Source: an uncultured cyanobacterium (GTDB taxonomy: Bacteria > Cyanobacteriota > Cyanobacteriia > CAKZMO01). Taken from it: a DNA stretch of 64,000 nt. Position numbers and translations under genes: made by a program. The DNA is taken from positions 96,001 through 160,000 of the forward strand of contig CAVRCJ010000014.1 in NCBI GenBank assembly GCA_963719515.1, written 5' to 3'. Within the stretch, counting starts at the first letter, position 1; each line of letters opens with the position of its first letter. Positions 42,272 through 52,957 of this stretch are shown here, in pieces. The notes below the pieces were generated by a model that ran no database searches, had not been told where the DNA came from, and saw only the letters and a list, made by a program, of their open reading frames with translations.

Positions 42272-43176
42272 GGCTCTTTCACGGCCCCCTGGCCTAGGGT
42301 GGGAAACAGGGTTTGCAGATAGCGGCCGCCCACAATCACCAAAAAGCTCACGTAGCCGATTGCCTGAGCCAAATACAGGGTTTGGGTGTAGCCCAAGAAA
42401 GAGCGTAGCAAAATGCCGGGGAACTGGCGATCGGGCAGGATTTTACTCAGGTCCCACACCTGTGGACCTAGAATACAGGCTCCTGACTCTGAGCAGAAGT
42501 CAGCCTGGGGAATCGTCTGGGCGATCGCCGCCGCTGCTGCATCTACATGGCGCAGGGTGCTAATGATCAACCCCGCCACAATTAACAGCAGCAGCAGCCC
42601 CAGCACCCGGAAGAACTGCCTCAGGTCAATGCGAACGCCAAACTGAAACAGCAGCACGCCAACGATCGCAGCCCCTAGTAGACCTGCGATCGCCCCCGCG
42701 ACGGGAAGCCAGCCTTCTTGAAACTGGGCTGAGATGAAGATCACCGTCTCAAACCCTTCCCGCAGGACGGTAACGGCAATCAGGCCGAAGATACTCCAGC
42801 CCCGCGACTGCTGAATAGCGCGGCTGACGCTGTCTTGAATATCGGCCTTCAGGGTTTTGGCCTGCTGCGTCATCCAGATCAGCATCCAGCTTAAAAGCCC
42901 AATGGCGATCAGCCCAAACGTAGCTTCCAGCAGCGGCTTGACAATAGGAGCATAGGGCTGGTCGGATGTGGCCAGCGCCGTCAGCGTCTGGTTAAGCGCG
43001 ACGCCAACCCCAACGCTGGCCACCATCCCGGCAGCGATGCCGCCATATACCCATCGGTTGAGCTGAGAGCGCCCCGCTTTGTCCAGATAGGCCAGCACGA
43101 TGCCAATGACGAGCGTTGCCTCAACGCCCTCCCTCAGAGTAATGACGAACGTCGGCAGCGCTGATGAAATGTCCAT
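42268..43176 (-). CDS. FTR1/EfeU family iron permease
   Basis: Two REGxE motifs (LREGVE, LREGFE). Confidence 0.92.
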   Translation of the reverse strand: MDISSALPTFVITLREGVEATLVIGIVLAYLDKAGRSQLNRWVYGGIAAGMVASVGVGVALNQTLTALATSDQPYAPIVKPLLEATFGLIAIGLLSWMLIWMTQQAKTLKADIQDSVSRAIQQSRGWSIFGLIAVTVLREGFETVIFISAQFQEGWLPVAGAIAGLLGAAIVGVLLFQFGVRIDLRQFFRVLGLLLLLIVAGLIISTLRHVDAAAAAIAQTIPQADFCSESGACILGPQVWDLSKILPDRQFPGILLRSFLGYTQTLYLAQAIGYVSFLVIVGGRYLQTLFPTLGQGAVKEP

Positions 43177-43209
43177 TGTTATGGGTGGCGAGGTAAGGTT
43201 AGGTCGAGC

Positions 43210-43695
43210 CTACGAGCTCGGGTGAACGTCTAGGTTCATGACGTAGTGCCCTAAGCATAGGTTTTGAGCCCAGAGCTCATATTCTAGGCGTAATCTCTCG
43301 GGAATGCCGTGGCCAATTAGGTCCAGGGAGCGCGTAAAGTTCCGCAGGTGAATCTGCTCAGACTGAGGTCTGCTTTGGAGCCAGTAGCGATTGGTCCCAT
43401 AGACGCCGGGCTCCCAAAAATGTCGGTAGCTAAAGCGCCCGTTGCCCTGCATGGTCATCGTCACCCGGTAGGCAGAGAGTTCTAGCCACAGCAGCCGGGG
43501 CGATCGCGACATGGTTTTGACGGTGCTGTCTGACCTTAGCGGAAAGCGCTCTTGAATAACGGGCTCAGTTAGGAGTACGTGAAACTGATTGTCCCCCTGG
43601 GGATACAGCGTAGCGGCTGTCCGCGTCACTGACCAGACGGGCATGTCAAAAGACATGAACGAGAGGCTGACCTGACGATGGTGCTGATTCAGCAT
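43210..43695 (-). CDS. Conserved hypothetical protein
   Basis: 161-aa ATG-initiated ORF (SYRHFWEPGVYG); no function recognised. Confidence 0.65.
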   Translation of the reverse strand: MLNQHHRQVSLSFMSFDMPVWSVTRTAATLYPQGDNQFHVLLTEPVIQERFPLRSDSTVKTMSRSPRLLWLELSAYRVTMTMQGNGRFSYRHFWEPGVYGTNRYWLQSRPQSEQIHLRNFTRSLDLIGHGIPERLRLEYELWAQNLCLGHYVMNLDVHPSS

Positions 43696-43896
43696 GGGAA
43701 GCAGGAATGGGGAAAGCGCTGAGGCCGAGTGCGGCAGATCGGGCCGGAAGGGTTAGATGCGATCGCGCACTGCCTCGGTTATAGCGTTTAATCCCCCCCG
43801 CTGCCAAGTCATAGCAACAGATCATGATAGTCGGTGTAAAGGGGCAGATGATGATGCATACTGGCCTTGTATAAATACCTCCCACCCTGCGCTGCA

Positions 43897-45237
43897 ATGG
43901 CAACCGCCATCATCGATTTAGCTACAACCGATTCAACCCAAGCTCTGACGATTTCTCCGCCCGCAGAGGGGCTCCCGCTTACCGGACGTCTCCGCGTCCC
44001 GGGGGACAAATCTATCTCCCATCGCGCCCTGATGCTGGGGGCAATCGCTCAGGGCACAACCCACATTGAAGGTCTACTGCTGGGGGAAGATCCCCACAGC
44101 ACAGCCCACTGCCTGCGGGCCATGGGGGCTACTATTTCCGAGCTTAGCTCGGATGCCGTTGCTGTAGAAGGCACCGGATTAGCCTTACAAGAGCCCGCAA
44201 CCGTCCTCGACGCCGGCAATTCAGGCACCACCATGCGCCTGATGCTGGGGCTGCTGGCCTCGCGCCCCGATCGCTTCTTCACCGTTACGGGAGACGCCTC
44301 GCTGCGAGCGCGCCCCATGAAGCGAGTCATCGATCCCCTTCAAGAAATGGGGGCATCGATTTGGTGCCGTCAGGGCGGATTTGCGCCCTTGGCGGTGCAG
44401 GGCCGTAACCTATCCCCCATCCACTACCGCTCTCCGGTCGCTTCTGCTCAGATAAAATCCTGCGTGCTGCTGGCGGGGCTGAGCGTTGAGGGCACTACCC
44501 TGATCACTGAGCCTGCCCAGTCCAGAGACCACAGCGAGCGAATGCTGGCCGCCTTTGGGGCCAAGCTGCGGGTAGACCCCGAGACTCGGCAAATCGAGCT
44601 GGAGGGTCCCGCTCAGCTCACCGGGCAGTCCATTGTGGTGCCGGGAGACATCAGCTCTGCGGCTTTCTGGCTGGTGGCCGCCGCCATCACCCCCGGCGCA
44701 GACATCACCATCGAAAACGTTGGCGTCAACCCCACCCGTACGGGCGTTTTGGAGGTGCTAGAGCGCATGCAGGCCGACATCACCCTGGAGAATGCCCGCA
44801 CCGTCACCGGGGAGCCGGTAGCCGACCTGAGGGTGAAGCACTCAGCGCTGACCGGCTGCACTATTGAAGGAGATCTGATTCCCAAGCTGATTGACGAAAT
44901 TCCAATTTTGGCGGTGGCCGCCGCCTTCGCCAAAGGAAAGACGGTGATTCGCGACGCCGCCGAGCTGCGGGTGAAGGAGAGCGATCGCATTGCGGTGATG
45001 GCTAGCGAGCTGGGCAAGCTGGGCGCGAGGATTGCTGAGCGACATGACGGGCTGGAAATCGTAGGGGGAACCCCACTCACGGGCGAGACCGTAGACAGCT
45101 ATACCGATCACCGCATCGCGATGAGTTTGGCGATCGCTGCCCTCAACGCTTCTGGATCCACAACAATTCACAGGGCCGAGGCAGCCTCTATTTCCTACCC
45201 AGATTTTGTACCGACGCTCACCGGGCTTTGTGCGTGA
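43897..45237 (+). CDS. aroA: 3-phosphoshikimate 1-carboxyvinyltransferase
   Basis: [31 protein letters not shown] and DHRIAMS motifs. Confidence 0.97.
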   Translation: MATAIIDLATTDSTQALTISPPAEGLPLTGRLRVPGDKSISHRALMLGAIAQGTTHIEGLLLGEDPHSTAHCLRAMGATISELSSDAVAVEGTGLALQEPATVLDAGNSGTTMRLMLGLLASRPDRFFTVTGDASLRARPMKRVIDPLQEMGASIWCRQGGFAPLAVQGRNLSPIHYRSPVASAQIKSCVLLAGLSVEGTTLITEPAQSRDHSERMLAAFGAKLRVDPETRQIELEGPAQLTGQSIVVPGDISSAAFWLVAAAITPGADITIENVGVNPTRTGVLEVLERMQADITLENARTVTGEPVADLRVKHSALTGCTIEGDLIPKLIDEIPILAVAAAFAKGKTVIRDAAELRVKESDRIAVMASELGKLGARIAERHDGLEIVGGTPLTGETVDSYTDHRIAMSLAIAALNASGSTTIHRAEAASISYPDFVPTLTGLCA

Positions 45238-45372
45238 AAGCACAGCAGAAAAGACCCTGTGCAGCGGGTTTTGCCAGGTTTTGCGGCCCTACTCTGACGG
45301 TTGAATGGGCACAATAGCTCAGGGTGATACTCCGCCTAATCCGCTAGCGCAAGAGGCACAAGACCGTGCGGC

Positions 45373-45813
45373 ATGTCTGATCTTATTGATTTCAAGGAAA
45401 AGCCATTGATTCCGTGGCAGCAGCTCAAAAATGCGTACTTCAGCATCTCGACGTACAGCGATCTCAGCCCAGATCTTTCCCGTCGCCGACAGGTCAAACT
45501 CTCGCTGAAAGAGCGCCGTACCCTATCTCGCTATGACTGGTGTCATAACCTTTGGCCTGAGACTTACACGACAAAAGTACTGGAGTTTCTCTACGATCGC
45601 CTTCCAGAATACAGCGGGCTTCCGGCAGGAAAGCTGCGCCCCGATGACGACCTAGAAACTGATTTAAGCTGGACTCAAATCTGTGGTTTCGACTGGGACG
45701 TTGCTCTTTGCGAAGACTTCCAGCAAACGTTTGGGGAAGACATTTCTGACAGTCTTTTGGGCGCGTCGCCCACCACCTTAGAAGACCTCGCGATTTGCCT
45801 ACACCAGTTATAG
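45373..45813 (+). CDS. Hypothetical protein
   Basis: 146-aa ORF. Confidence 0.6.
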   Translation: MSDLIDFKEKPLIPWQQLKNAYFSISTYSDLSPDLSRRRQVKLSLKERRTLSRYDWCHNLWPETYTTKVLEFLYDRLPEYSGLPAGKLRPDDDLETDLSWTQICGFDWDVALCEDFQQTFGEDISDSLLGASPTTLEDLAICLHQL

Positions 45814-45875
45814 CGCGGCGGCTTGCTCCTGGCCTGCGCAGTGCCCTCTAAGCCTTCCCCTGTATTCCCTCTACC

Positions 45876-47633
45876 TCAGCGAGATACTGCCTGAGTATCG
45901 CTGACCCACTGCTCAATTCCATCCGCCAATCCCTCAGCTAACCGGGCCTGCTGCTCAGGGTCAACAATCCACTCGAACTCTTCAGGATTGATCATAAACC
46001 CCAGCTCCAGCAGCACCGACGGAGCGATCGCCGGTCGGGTCAGCGCTAAATTATTCCAGTACACCCCATAGGAGGGACGATCTAGGGTCTCAACGAGGTA
46101 GTTGTGCAAGAAGACCGCTAGATCGTGGGCCTGGGCGTGATACCAAAACATGCCGATGCCCGCCGTGTTTTCTGCGTCGCCTTCGTCCGGTAGGGCATTG
46201 TAGTGCAGGCTCAGCGCCAGGGTCGGCTCTAGGGCCTCAATCGTCGCCACGCGATCGCTGGGAAACAGGTCGTCGTCGCCCTCGCGGGTCATAATCACCG
46301 ACGCGCCCCGGGCTTCTAAAGCATCGCGCAGCTGTAGCGACAGGGCGAGGGTGACGTCTTTTTCCGGCAGCCCGGTGGGGCCGCGCGCTCCCAAATCCTC
46401 AGGGCTACCGTGGCCGGGGTCTAGCAAGATGGACGTGCCCACCAGAGGTCTGTCTGCTAAGGCTGGAGGATGCCGCAGCGTCAGCAGTAAATTGGTTCCC
46501 TCGTAGCGTAGGCTATAGCCCCAGGCTTGGGGAGACTTGAGGCTAAAGTGATACGCCACTTGGTTAGGGCTAGGCTGGGTCCAGTCGAGTCGCTCAATGA
46601 CTGGATCATCATCGAGGCGAATCGTATCGGTTTGAGCGGTGGTGTTGTGCAAGGTCAAGGTCAAGGAGCCGCGCCGCTGATCTATTGACACCGGTACCGG
46701 CACCTGCAGCGGGAAGACAATTTCGGTGCGATCGCTGAGCTCTCGCCCCAGAACGCCGCGCACTAGCGATCGCGGCGGCACTGCTGCTGCTGCCACGGTG
46801 ACTTCAGAATCACGGATCCAAGCGCCGTAGTCTAGCCGCCACCAGTCTCCCTCGCTGCCCGTAATCCCGGCTTGGGTGCCGGTGGGCAAGGGAGTGAGCC
46901 GGGAGTAGGTGGTGCTGGGTCCGGTGCGGGCTGTGCCTGAAGGGGCCGTGACGGTGGCCACCTGAAACGGCACCGCCGGCAGCACATCAACAGTGCCCGG
47001 TGCCGCTTGCTCTACAGTCTCTCCATTTATCTCCAGTCGATAGTTCGGCTGCCCTAACGCTCCCCCCTGTAGCACCGTGCAGCCGCCGTAGAGGATAGCT
47101 TCTCCGACGGGGTCGATCTGCCCCGTCAGCACCGCTGAATTGGGCGGGAGCACCACCGAGGGCTGGGGACTGAGAGGAAGGGTCTGACCCTGAAACAAAG
47201 CGGTGACGGCGCTTTCGGCAGGAGCGATCGCCTCAAAGCACAGGGTTTCCCCCAGCTGCCGCGCCACGTTTACGCTGGGGAAAAGACTTCCTTCGGCAAA
47301 GGCCAGGCCCTCGGGTCCGGCGGGCACAGCAGCGTTGCGCACCACGACCAGGGTCTGCGTCGCCTCTCCAGCTTCTAAAACAAAGCGGTTTTCTCCAAGG
47401 GCCAAGGGGAAGGAGGGCGCGAAGTGACCCGCCTCGCTTTGCTGGACGGGCTGACCGTTGACGGTGACCCCATCGGCAGCAGTGCCGATAAAGAAGATCT
47501 GCTCAGCGATCGTTTCGTGCCCGTCAGGTGGGTAAATCACGGTCAACGGGGGGCCATCGGCTCGGGCAAGAGGGCTTCCCATCGTTGCGATTCCAGCGGC
47601 AATTCCGGCAGCGTAACCAACAACATTTTTCAC
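45876..47633 (-). CDS. N-acetylmuramoyl-L-alanine amidase (Amidase_3)
   Basis: LDPGHG, EKDVTL, SLHYNA and LLELGFM motifs; signal peptide. Confidence 0.92.
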   Translation of the reverse strand: MKNVVGYAAGIAAGIATMGSPLARADGPPLTVIYPPDGHETIAEQIFFIGTAADGVTVNGQPVQQSEAGHFAPSFPLALGENRFVLEAGEATQTLVVVRNAAVPAGPEGLAFAEGSLFPSVNVARQLGETLCFEAIAPAESAVTALFQGQTLPLSPQPSVVLPPNSAVLTGQIDPVGEAILYGGCTVLQGGALGQPNYRLEINGETVEQAAPGTVDVLPAVPFQVATVTAPSGTARTGPSTTYSRLTPLPTGTQAGITGSEGDWWRLDYGAWIRDSEVTVAAAAVPPRSLVRGVLGRELSDRTEIVFPLQVPVPVSIDQRRGSLTLTLHNTTAQTDTIRLDDDPVIERLDWTQPSPNQVAYHFSLKSPQAWGYSLRYEGTNLLLTLRHPPALADRPLVGTSILLDPGHGSPEDLGARGPTGLPEKDVTLALSLQLRDALEARGASVIMTREGDDDLFPSDRVATIEALEPTLALSLHYNALPDEGDAENTAGIGMFWYHAQAHDLAVFLHNYLVETLDRPSYGVYWNNLALTRPAIAPSVLLELGFMINPEEFEWIVDPEQQARLAEGLADGIEQWVSDTQAVSR

Positions 47634-47684
47634 GCCTATCGTCTCACTTCCTCATCCAGGTTGATGTCCTTTAAAGGCTATAGG

Positions 47685-48176
47685 TCAGGCTAAAAATCGG
47701 TCCAATGCGGCTTTGAGAGCGCTAATCTCCTCCTCAATCGCTCCCTTTTCCGCCGCCCGACTCACACATTCGCTCAAATGCTCATCTAGAATAATTCGGG
47801 CAACCCGGTCTAGAGCGCCCCGCACAGCAGCCACTTGCACCAGGACATCGGGACAGTCGCGGTCCTCATGCACCATTGTCTTAATGCCGCGGATGTGTCC
47901 CTCGATGCGAGACAGCCGGTTAATGATCCGGCGGCGGGACTCTTCGCTGTGGACATGGTCGTGGTCCTGTTCACCGTGACCTTTCTTGCCGTGGCCCTGT
48001 TTACCATAGCTCTGTTTGCTGTTGCCCTGCTTGTCGTGGCCCTGCTCGTCGTGGCCCTGCTCGTCGGGGCTATGAGGATGGGTGTGGTCATGTCCAAGGT
48101 CGTGGTTCGCCTCTTGGGGATGACTAGACGTAGGATTGTCGCGAGAGGGGACGCGGGACGTGTCGAGAGGGAGCAT
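47685..48176 (-). CDS. CsoR/RcnR-family metal sensor (InrS-like) with His-rich N-terminus
   Basis: NRLSRIEGHIRG, CPDVLVQ and HLSEC motifs; start at ATG 48176 inferred. Confidence 0.88.
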   Translation of the reverse strand: MLPLDTSRVPSRDNPTSSHPQEANHDLGHDHTHPHSPDEQGHDEQGHDKQGNSKQSYGKQGHGKKGHGEQDHDHVHSEESRRRIINRLSRIEGHIRGIKTMVHEDRDCPDVLVQVAAVRGALDRVARIILDEHLSECVSRAAEKGAIEEEISALKAALDRFLA

Positions 48177-48256
48177 AGCGATCGCGGACCTGCAGGTGCT
48201 GGTTTTAGAGAAGTAGACTCCTATTTTAGCCCGTGATTGGGGGGTTGCTTGAGACG

Positions 48257-50392
48257 CTAAACCCCGAGCCGCAGCCGCCACTGCCTGAGTTCTCCCACGT
48301 CTCCTGCCGCGCAGTCGCACACCTGTAGCTGCCAGTCTCCTTGGATGGACTGGCCCAGGAGGCGATTGAGTAGGGGGGTGGTTTGGGTTGAGTAGGTCTT
48401 GTTGAGCGTCCGCTGTCGTCCCAGCAGCCGAGACTGCAGCCGCACTGAGTCTCCTGAGGGGGCAATCAGGTTGATTTCCAGGTCTCCCAAAAAGGGATGA
48501 GCGATGCTCAAGGTCACGTCTAGGTTCCACAGGACGTTGCGCTGCGACACGCGGATGCGGCGGCTAATGCCTTGGGGAACGTTGTCAGAAATGGTTACCT
48601 TTTGGCTGTCTATGAACTCTAGCCAGCGCGTCGCGGGCTGGAGCGTCGGGAGCTGCCGCTCAGCAGCCTGCACCGCCCGCAGGGCGTTCACCTTTCCATA
48701 CCCAAACCATTCTGAATGTCCTTGAGCCTCGTAGGTACCCCGCCTGAGCCCTAGCTGCGGGTCGCTTTGGCGGTCCACAATTTTATCTGCTGTGGCCTGC
48801 AAAATTTGACGCACCTGCTGGGCGGTGAGGTCCGGATTGGCCGACAGCATCAGCGCCGCTACCCCTGCCACCAGCGGACAGGCGCTGGAGGTGCCGCCAA
48901 AGGTGCGGACAAAATCACCGGAGGAATAGCCTAGGGCATCGAGGCGATCGCTCGTCAGCACCGCTCGTCCCGGCGGCTGGCGAATCAGGGGGCCAGTATT
49001 TACAAAGCCTCGCTGCGGCAAAAATAGCCCCGGCACGGCGTTGTTGCTGGGGGCGGCGACGGAAATTTCTTTTCCCCAGCTGCTATAGGCTGATTTTCGG
49101 TTGAGGCTGCTACAGGCCGATACCGCAATCACATCGGGGTGGACCGCAAACCCATTGAGCCAAGGGGTGCTGCCCTGCAGCGCATTGTCGGGCCAGCCCC
49201 GCTCGTCGATGGTGCCGTTGAGGGGGCGATTGGCGTTTCCGGCGGCAAACAGCACCACGCAGCCTTTTCCGTCGCGGCCTTGAAGGGCGGCGCGGGTGAT
49301 GGCGGCCCGCTGCCTTAGGGAAAGGGAATAGCGGGTGCCTACTGGTCCCCAGCTGCAGGAGATCACTGCTGCGCCATTGTTCATAGCCCAGCCAAACATC
49401 GCCTCAATAGAGCGATCGTCAATGAGCCCCGAATAGCGAATGGGCATAAAGGCGCAGCCGGGGGCAATCCCGACGATGCCCTGTCCATTTTCTTCGGCGA
49501 TCGCCACCCCCGCTACTGCGGTACCGTGGTTTTCCCCAGCGGCTTCGGGCAGGGGCACCCCGTCGCTGCTCCGCAAATCTCGCGGGGCCACGAGCTTGCC
49601 AGGGCCGCTGAAGTCGGGGTGATTGAGGTCAAAGCCGTCGTCAATGATGGCCACCACGATGGAGCGGTTGCCCCGGGTAATGTCCCAGGCGGCTTCGGCC
49701 GAGACGTGGGACCCCGTCGCCAAATTTTGCCCCCCCTGATGCTGCAAATACCACTGCTCGCGGTAGAGCGAGTCTTGGGGGCGATAGTACCCCTGAGCTG
49801 GCACCACCACGTTGGGCTCCACCAGCAGCACCTCGGGTAGACGCGCTAGCCGGTTGGCTAGCTTTAAGGGGTTGGCCACCGCCGCTGCCGTCACCTGAAA
49901 CACATAGGCGTCAGGAACGCCGTCAATGGCCTCTAGCTGCAGCAGCCCTGCCGCCGCCGCGATCGCCGCCCTATCCGCCGAACTCACCTGAGGCGCAAAC
50001 TGAATCGTGAGCTGGTCGGTCAGATAAATTTGCTGAGGCGCATCTTCAAGTTGGTAAACGTGGCTGGCGAAATCGACGTCCTCTCGCGCCCGCACTTGGG
50101 CCATGGCGGGATTGAGCTGACCTACCCCTGGTACCTGCACCTCTGTTAACGACACCAGAGGCATAATTTGAGTCACTTCCCCTCCCACAGACTGGGCCGC
50201 CGCCTGACTGACTTGAGCGGCCTCCGAATCCGAAAACTTTACCGTGAAGCGATCGTCTATCTTGCGCAAGGCCATCGCTTCGCCGCCCCGCTGTAGCGTC
50301 AGCCCTTCATTTGCCACAGGAACCCTCATCCGCGCAGCCCAGTCGATGCGATTGGGCTCGTTGCCCAAATCAGAAATAGGAGAGTTGCTCAT
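48257..50392 (-). CDS. S8 subtilase with C-terminal P-domain
   Basis: IDDG, HGTAVAG and GTSSACP catalytic triad; HPFLGDL P-domain. Confidence 0.92.
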   Translation of the reverse strand: MSNSPISDLGNEPNRIDWAARMRVPVANEGLTLQRGGEAMALRKIDDRFTVKFSDSEAAQVSQAAAQSVGGEVTQIMPLVSLTEVQVPGVGQLNPAMAQVRAREDVDFASHVYQLEDAPQQIYLTDQLTIQFAPQVSSADRAAIAAAAGLLQLEAIDGVPDAYVFQVTAAAVANPLKLANRLARLPEVLLVEPNVVVPAQGYYRPQDSLYREQWYLQHQGGQNLATGSHVSAEAAWDITRGNRSIVVAIIDDGFDLNHPDFSGPGKLVAPRDLRSSDGVPLPEAAGENHGTAVAGVAIAEENGQGIVGIAPGCAFMPIRYSGLIDDRSIEAMFGWAMNNGAAVISCSWGPVGTRYSLSLRQRAAITRAALQGRDGKGCVVLFAAGNANRPLNGTIDERGWPDNALQGSTPWLNGFAVHPDVIAVSACSSLNRKSAYSSWGKEISVAAPSNNAVPGLFLPQRGFVNTGPLIRQPPGRAVLTSDRLDALGYSSGDFVRTFGGTSSACPLVAGVAALMLSANPDLTAQQVRQILQATADKIVDRQSDPQLGLRRGTYEAQGHSEWFGYGKVNALRAVQAAERQLPTLQPATRWLEFIDSQKVTISDNVPQGISRRIRVSQRNVLWNLDVTLSIAHPFLGDLEINLIAPSGDSVRLQSRLLGRQRTLNKTYSTQTTPLLNRLLGQSIQGDWQLQVCDCAAGDVGELRQWRLRLGV

Positions 50393-50494
50393 AGTGACAG
50401 GTACGAAGGTGTCATGACGCCGAAGGCGATGATAATATAGCTCAGTATTATAGATACGGTCAGTTGTGTTTAGTTTCCTGTCCAAGGGGATTTA

Positions 50495-51154
50495 ATGGTA
50501 CATGCAATCAGTTTTTGGCGCGCCTGCCGTCGTCAAATTGGCCTGTCGCTTGGGATAGCTGCTACGGCCGTACTGCTCCCCTCCGCGATTGCAGCCCAGA
50601 CGCCGGGTGAAATCGATTTAGAGAATTTGGATAATAGCGGCCTGGAGCTGCTCGATGAAGGTGGCGAAGAACCGCTAGAAGGTACAGAGTCCGACTCCCG
50701 TCCGCTTGCGCAAGAAGGCAGCGTGTTGAGCCTAGTGGGCGGGCGGCGACTGATGCGGGAAGGCAACAACGCCGCCGCTGAGCAGGACTACGCGATCGCA
50801 GTCAGTAGGTATCAGGATGCCCGACAGGTGTTCAACCAGCTGTCTAATTTCTACCGCCGCTTGTCCGATAGCTTTATCGGCATCGACGGTCGTATCTCGG
50901 AGCAGCAGCGGGACCTGGCGCTAGAAACCGCAGAAATGCGCGACAATGCTACCTATCAGCTGGCGCTGGTTCACCGCGCTGAAGGACAGCCCGACCTAGC
51001 GGTGCCTTTGCTAATTCAAATTATCCAAAGCCAAGATCCTACCCGCGAGCTGGGCGGACAGGCCTACCGTCAGCTGTTTGAGCTAGGCTTTGTGGATGCA
51101 GCCTACCCGCGCAATCAGGCCGACGAGCCGGCGGCGACAGCGCCTCAGCCCTAA
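50495..51154 (+). CDS. Secreted TPR-like hypothetical protein
   Basis: Signal peptide; helical; directly upstream of bolA. Confidence 0.7.
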   Translation: MVHAISFWRACRRQIGLSLGIAATAVLLPSAIAAQTPGEIDLENLDNSGLELLDEGGEEPLEGTESDSRPLAQEGSVLSLVGGRRLMREGNNAAAEQDYAIAVSRYQDARQVFNQLSNFYRRLSDSFIGIDGRISEQQRDLALETAEMRDNATYQLALVHRAEGQPDLAVPLLIQIIQSQDPTRELGGQAYRQLFELGFVDAAYPRNQADEPAATAPQP

Positions 51155-51174
51155 CAATTTAAGAGAGTTCTCCT

Positions 51175-51411
51175 ATGGTGACCCCAGAACAGGTTGAGAC
51201 CATGATTAAGACCGGTCTACCAGATGCCGAAGTCCAAGTCCAAGATTTGACGGGCGGCGGCGACCATTATCAGGTGACGGTAGTGTCGCCCGCGTTTGAA
51301 GGTAAGACGCTGATTCAGCAGCACCAAATGGTCTATCGGGCCGTGAATCAGGCAATGTCCACGGAGGCGATTCATGCGCTATCGCTGAAGACCTCTGCCC
51401 CTGGTCAGTAG
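51175..51411 (+). CDS. bolA: BolA family protein
   Basis: GGDHYQV..VS..FEG...QHQMVY and IHALSL motifs. Confidence 0.93.
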   Translation: MVTPEQVETMIKTGLPDAEVQVQDLTGGGDHYQVTVVSPAFEGKTLIQQHQMVYRAVNQAMSTEAIHALSLKTSAPGQ

Positions 51412-51488
51412 GCTAAGTTTCTAGAACGAATAGTTGTAGGCTACGATCAATTTGGCTGCTCACACATACTCAGGACTCTATTCACGCC

Positions 51489-51812
51489 ATGACTCCAGAA
51501 CTTAAAGCGCGTATCGAAACCGTTGTCAACAGCGCCCCCGTGGTGGTGTTTATGAAGGGTAACAAGCTGATGCCCCAGTGCGGTTTTTCTAACAATGTGG
51601 TCCAGATTTTAAACGTGCTGAACGTGCCCTACGAGACGTTTGACGTACTGGAAGACTACGACGTCCGCCAAGGTATTAAGGAGTATTCCAACTGGCCGAC
51701 GATTCCTCAGCTTTACGTCAATGGCGAGCTTGTGGGCGGGTCGGATATTCTGATTGAGCTTTACCAGAAGGGTGAGCTGCAGCAAATGCTTGAGGTGGCG
51801 CTGGCGTCCTGA
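51489..51812 (+). CDS. grxD: Monothiol glutaredoxin (Grx4)
   Basis: PQCGFS and WPTIPQ motifs. Confidence 0.95.
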   Translation: MTPELKARIETVVNSAPVVVFMKGNKLMPQCGFSNNVVQILNVLNVPYETFDVLEDYDVRQGIKEYSNWPTIPQLYVNGELVGGSDILIELYQKGELQQMLEVALAS

Positions 51813-51884
51813 TTCACGGCCAGAAATTAGCGGTGCCCTCAGCAGGAGATTGCCTCAGTCTGAGGTGATAGGACCTAGTTTGGG

Positions 51885-51942
51885 GCACTCCGATCCAATG
51901 AGACGCTCTAGACGATTAGGACGTCTCATTGGATCGGAGTGC
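51885..51942. repeat. Perfect 21-bp inverted repeat
   Basis: GCACTCCGATCCAATGAGACG / CGTCTCATTGGATCGGAGTGC between convergent grxD and cysE. Confidence 0.85.
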
Positions 51943-52089
51943 ATAACCCTAGCTGTATCAGAAGCAGGAGAAAGTAAAGCTCGAGCTGGGGCGGGCGAGA
52001 GCTATTGAGACGGCCAACGCCTTTGCCTGTAGCTTTCAGGCAGCCGACTGCTCTTAGACAGCGGCTAGACGGCCGCCAGACTCCCTGAC

Positions 52090-52842
52090 TCAGATCCCCG
52101 AGCCATCCAAAAACTGATCGATTTCTCGATTTTTAAGCTGACAGGTTGTCGAAAGGCGATCGCTCTTGGATCCCACCAGCGCCGGAACGCGATCGCTCAA
52201 GGCGCTATTTTGGGCCTGCAGCGTCGCCACCTGCTGCTCCAAGGTCTCAAGACGGTCCACTAAAGCTCGAATCACCTGGGCCTCTGAGTCGGGTAGGCTC
52301 CCGTGCTCTAGCGGGTCAACCCGCTCTCCAGAGCGATAGACAATTCTTCCTGGAATGCCCACCACCGTGCAGTCTGACGGCGCATCCCGCAGCACCACTG
52401 ACCCTGCGCCAATGCGCACGTTGTTGCCTATTTGCAGGTTGCCCAACACCTTTGCGCCGGCCCCCACGACCACATTGTCACCCAAAGTGGGGTGGCGCTT
52501 GCCGCTCTCTTTCCCCGTTCCCCCCAAAGTGACGCCCTGGTAGATCAGGCAAAAATCGCCTAAGACAGCCGTCTCTCCAATCACTACACCCATACCGTGG
52601 TCGATAAAGACGCCTTTGCCGAGGTGCGCTCCGGGGTGGATCTCAATTCCCGTGATGAAGCGAGACAGGTGAGAGATAAAGCGGGGCAAGAACGGCATTT
52701 TGAGCCGGTAGAGCAGGTGGGAGAAGCGATGAAGGGCGATCGCCTGCAGTCCTGGATAGCATAAAAGCACCTCTAGCCAGTTGCGAGCAGCAGGATCACG
52801 GTCGAAGATAATTTTGAAGTCGGTGGCGAGCGTCGAGAGCAC
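52090..52842 (-). CDS. cysE: Serine O-acetyltransferase
   Basis: RDPAA, GIEIHPGA and GKRHPT motifs; GTG start inferred (alternative 52893). Confidence 0.95.
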   Translation of the reverse strand: MLSTLATDFKIIFDRDPAARNWLEVLLCYPGLQAIALHRFSHLLYRLKMPFLPRFISHLSRFITGIEIHPGAHLGKGVFIDHGMGVVIGETAVLGDFCLIYQGVTLGGTGKESGKRHPTLGDNVVVGAGAKVLGNLQIGNNVRIGAGSVVLRDAPSDCTVVGIPGRIVYRSGERVDPLEHGSLPDSEAQVIRALVDRLETLEQQVATLQAQNSALSDRVPALVGSKSDRLSTTCQLKNREIDQFLDGSGI

Positions 52843-52957
52843 GGATGATAACCCCGAAGATGCGTCAGACTTTATTATAGTAGCCCTCTCCACCGGCTCT
52901 GAATCCCTAGAATAGGGTAGATTACCTCAGCCCTACGATCTTGGGTAGGGTTGAGTT

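Noticed and set aside
48177..48530. N-terminal extension of the 281-aa CsoR ORF
   Set aside because: Overlaps the S8 protease gene; the family domain needs only the downstream part
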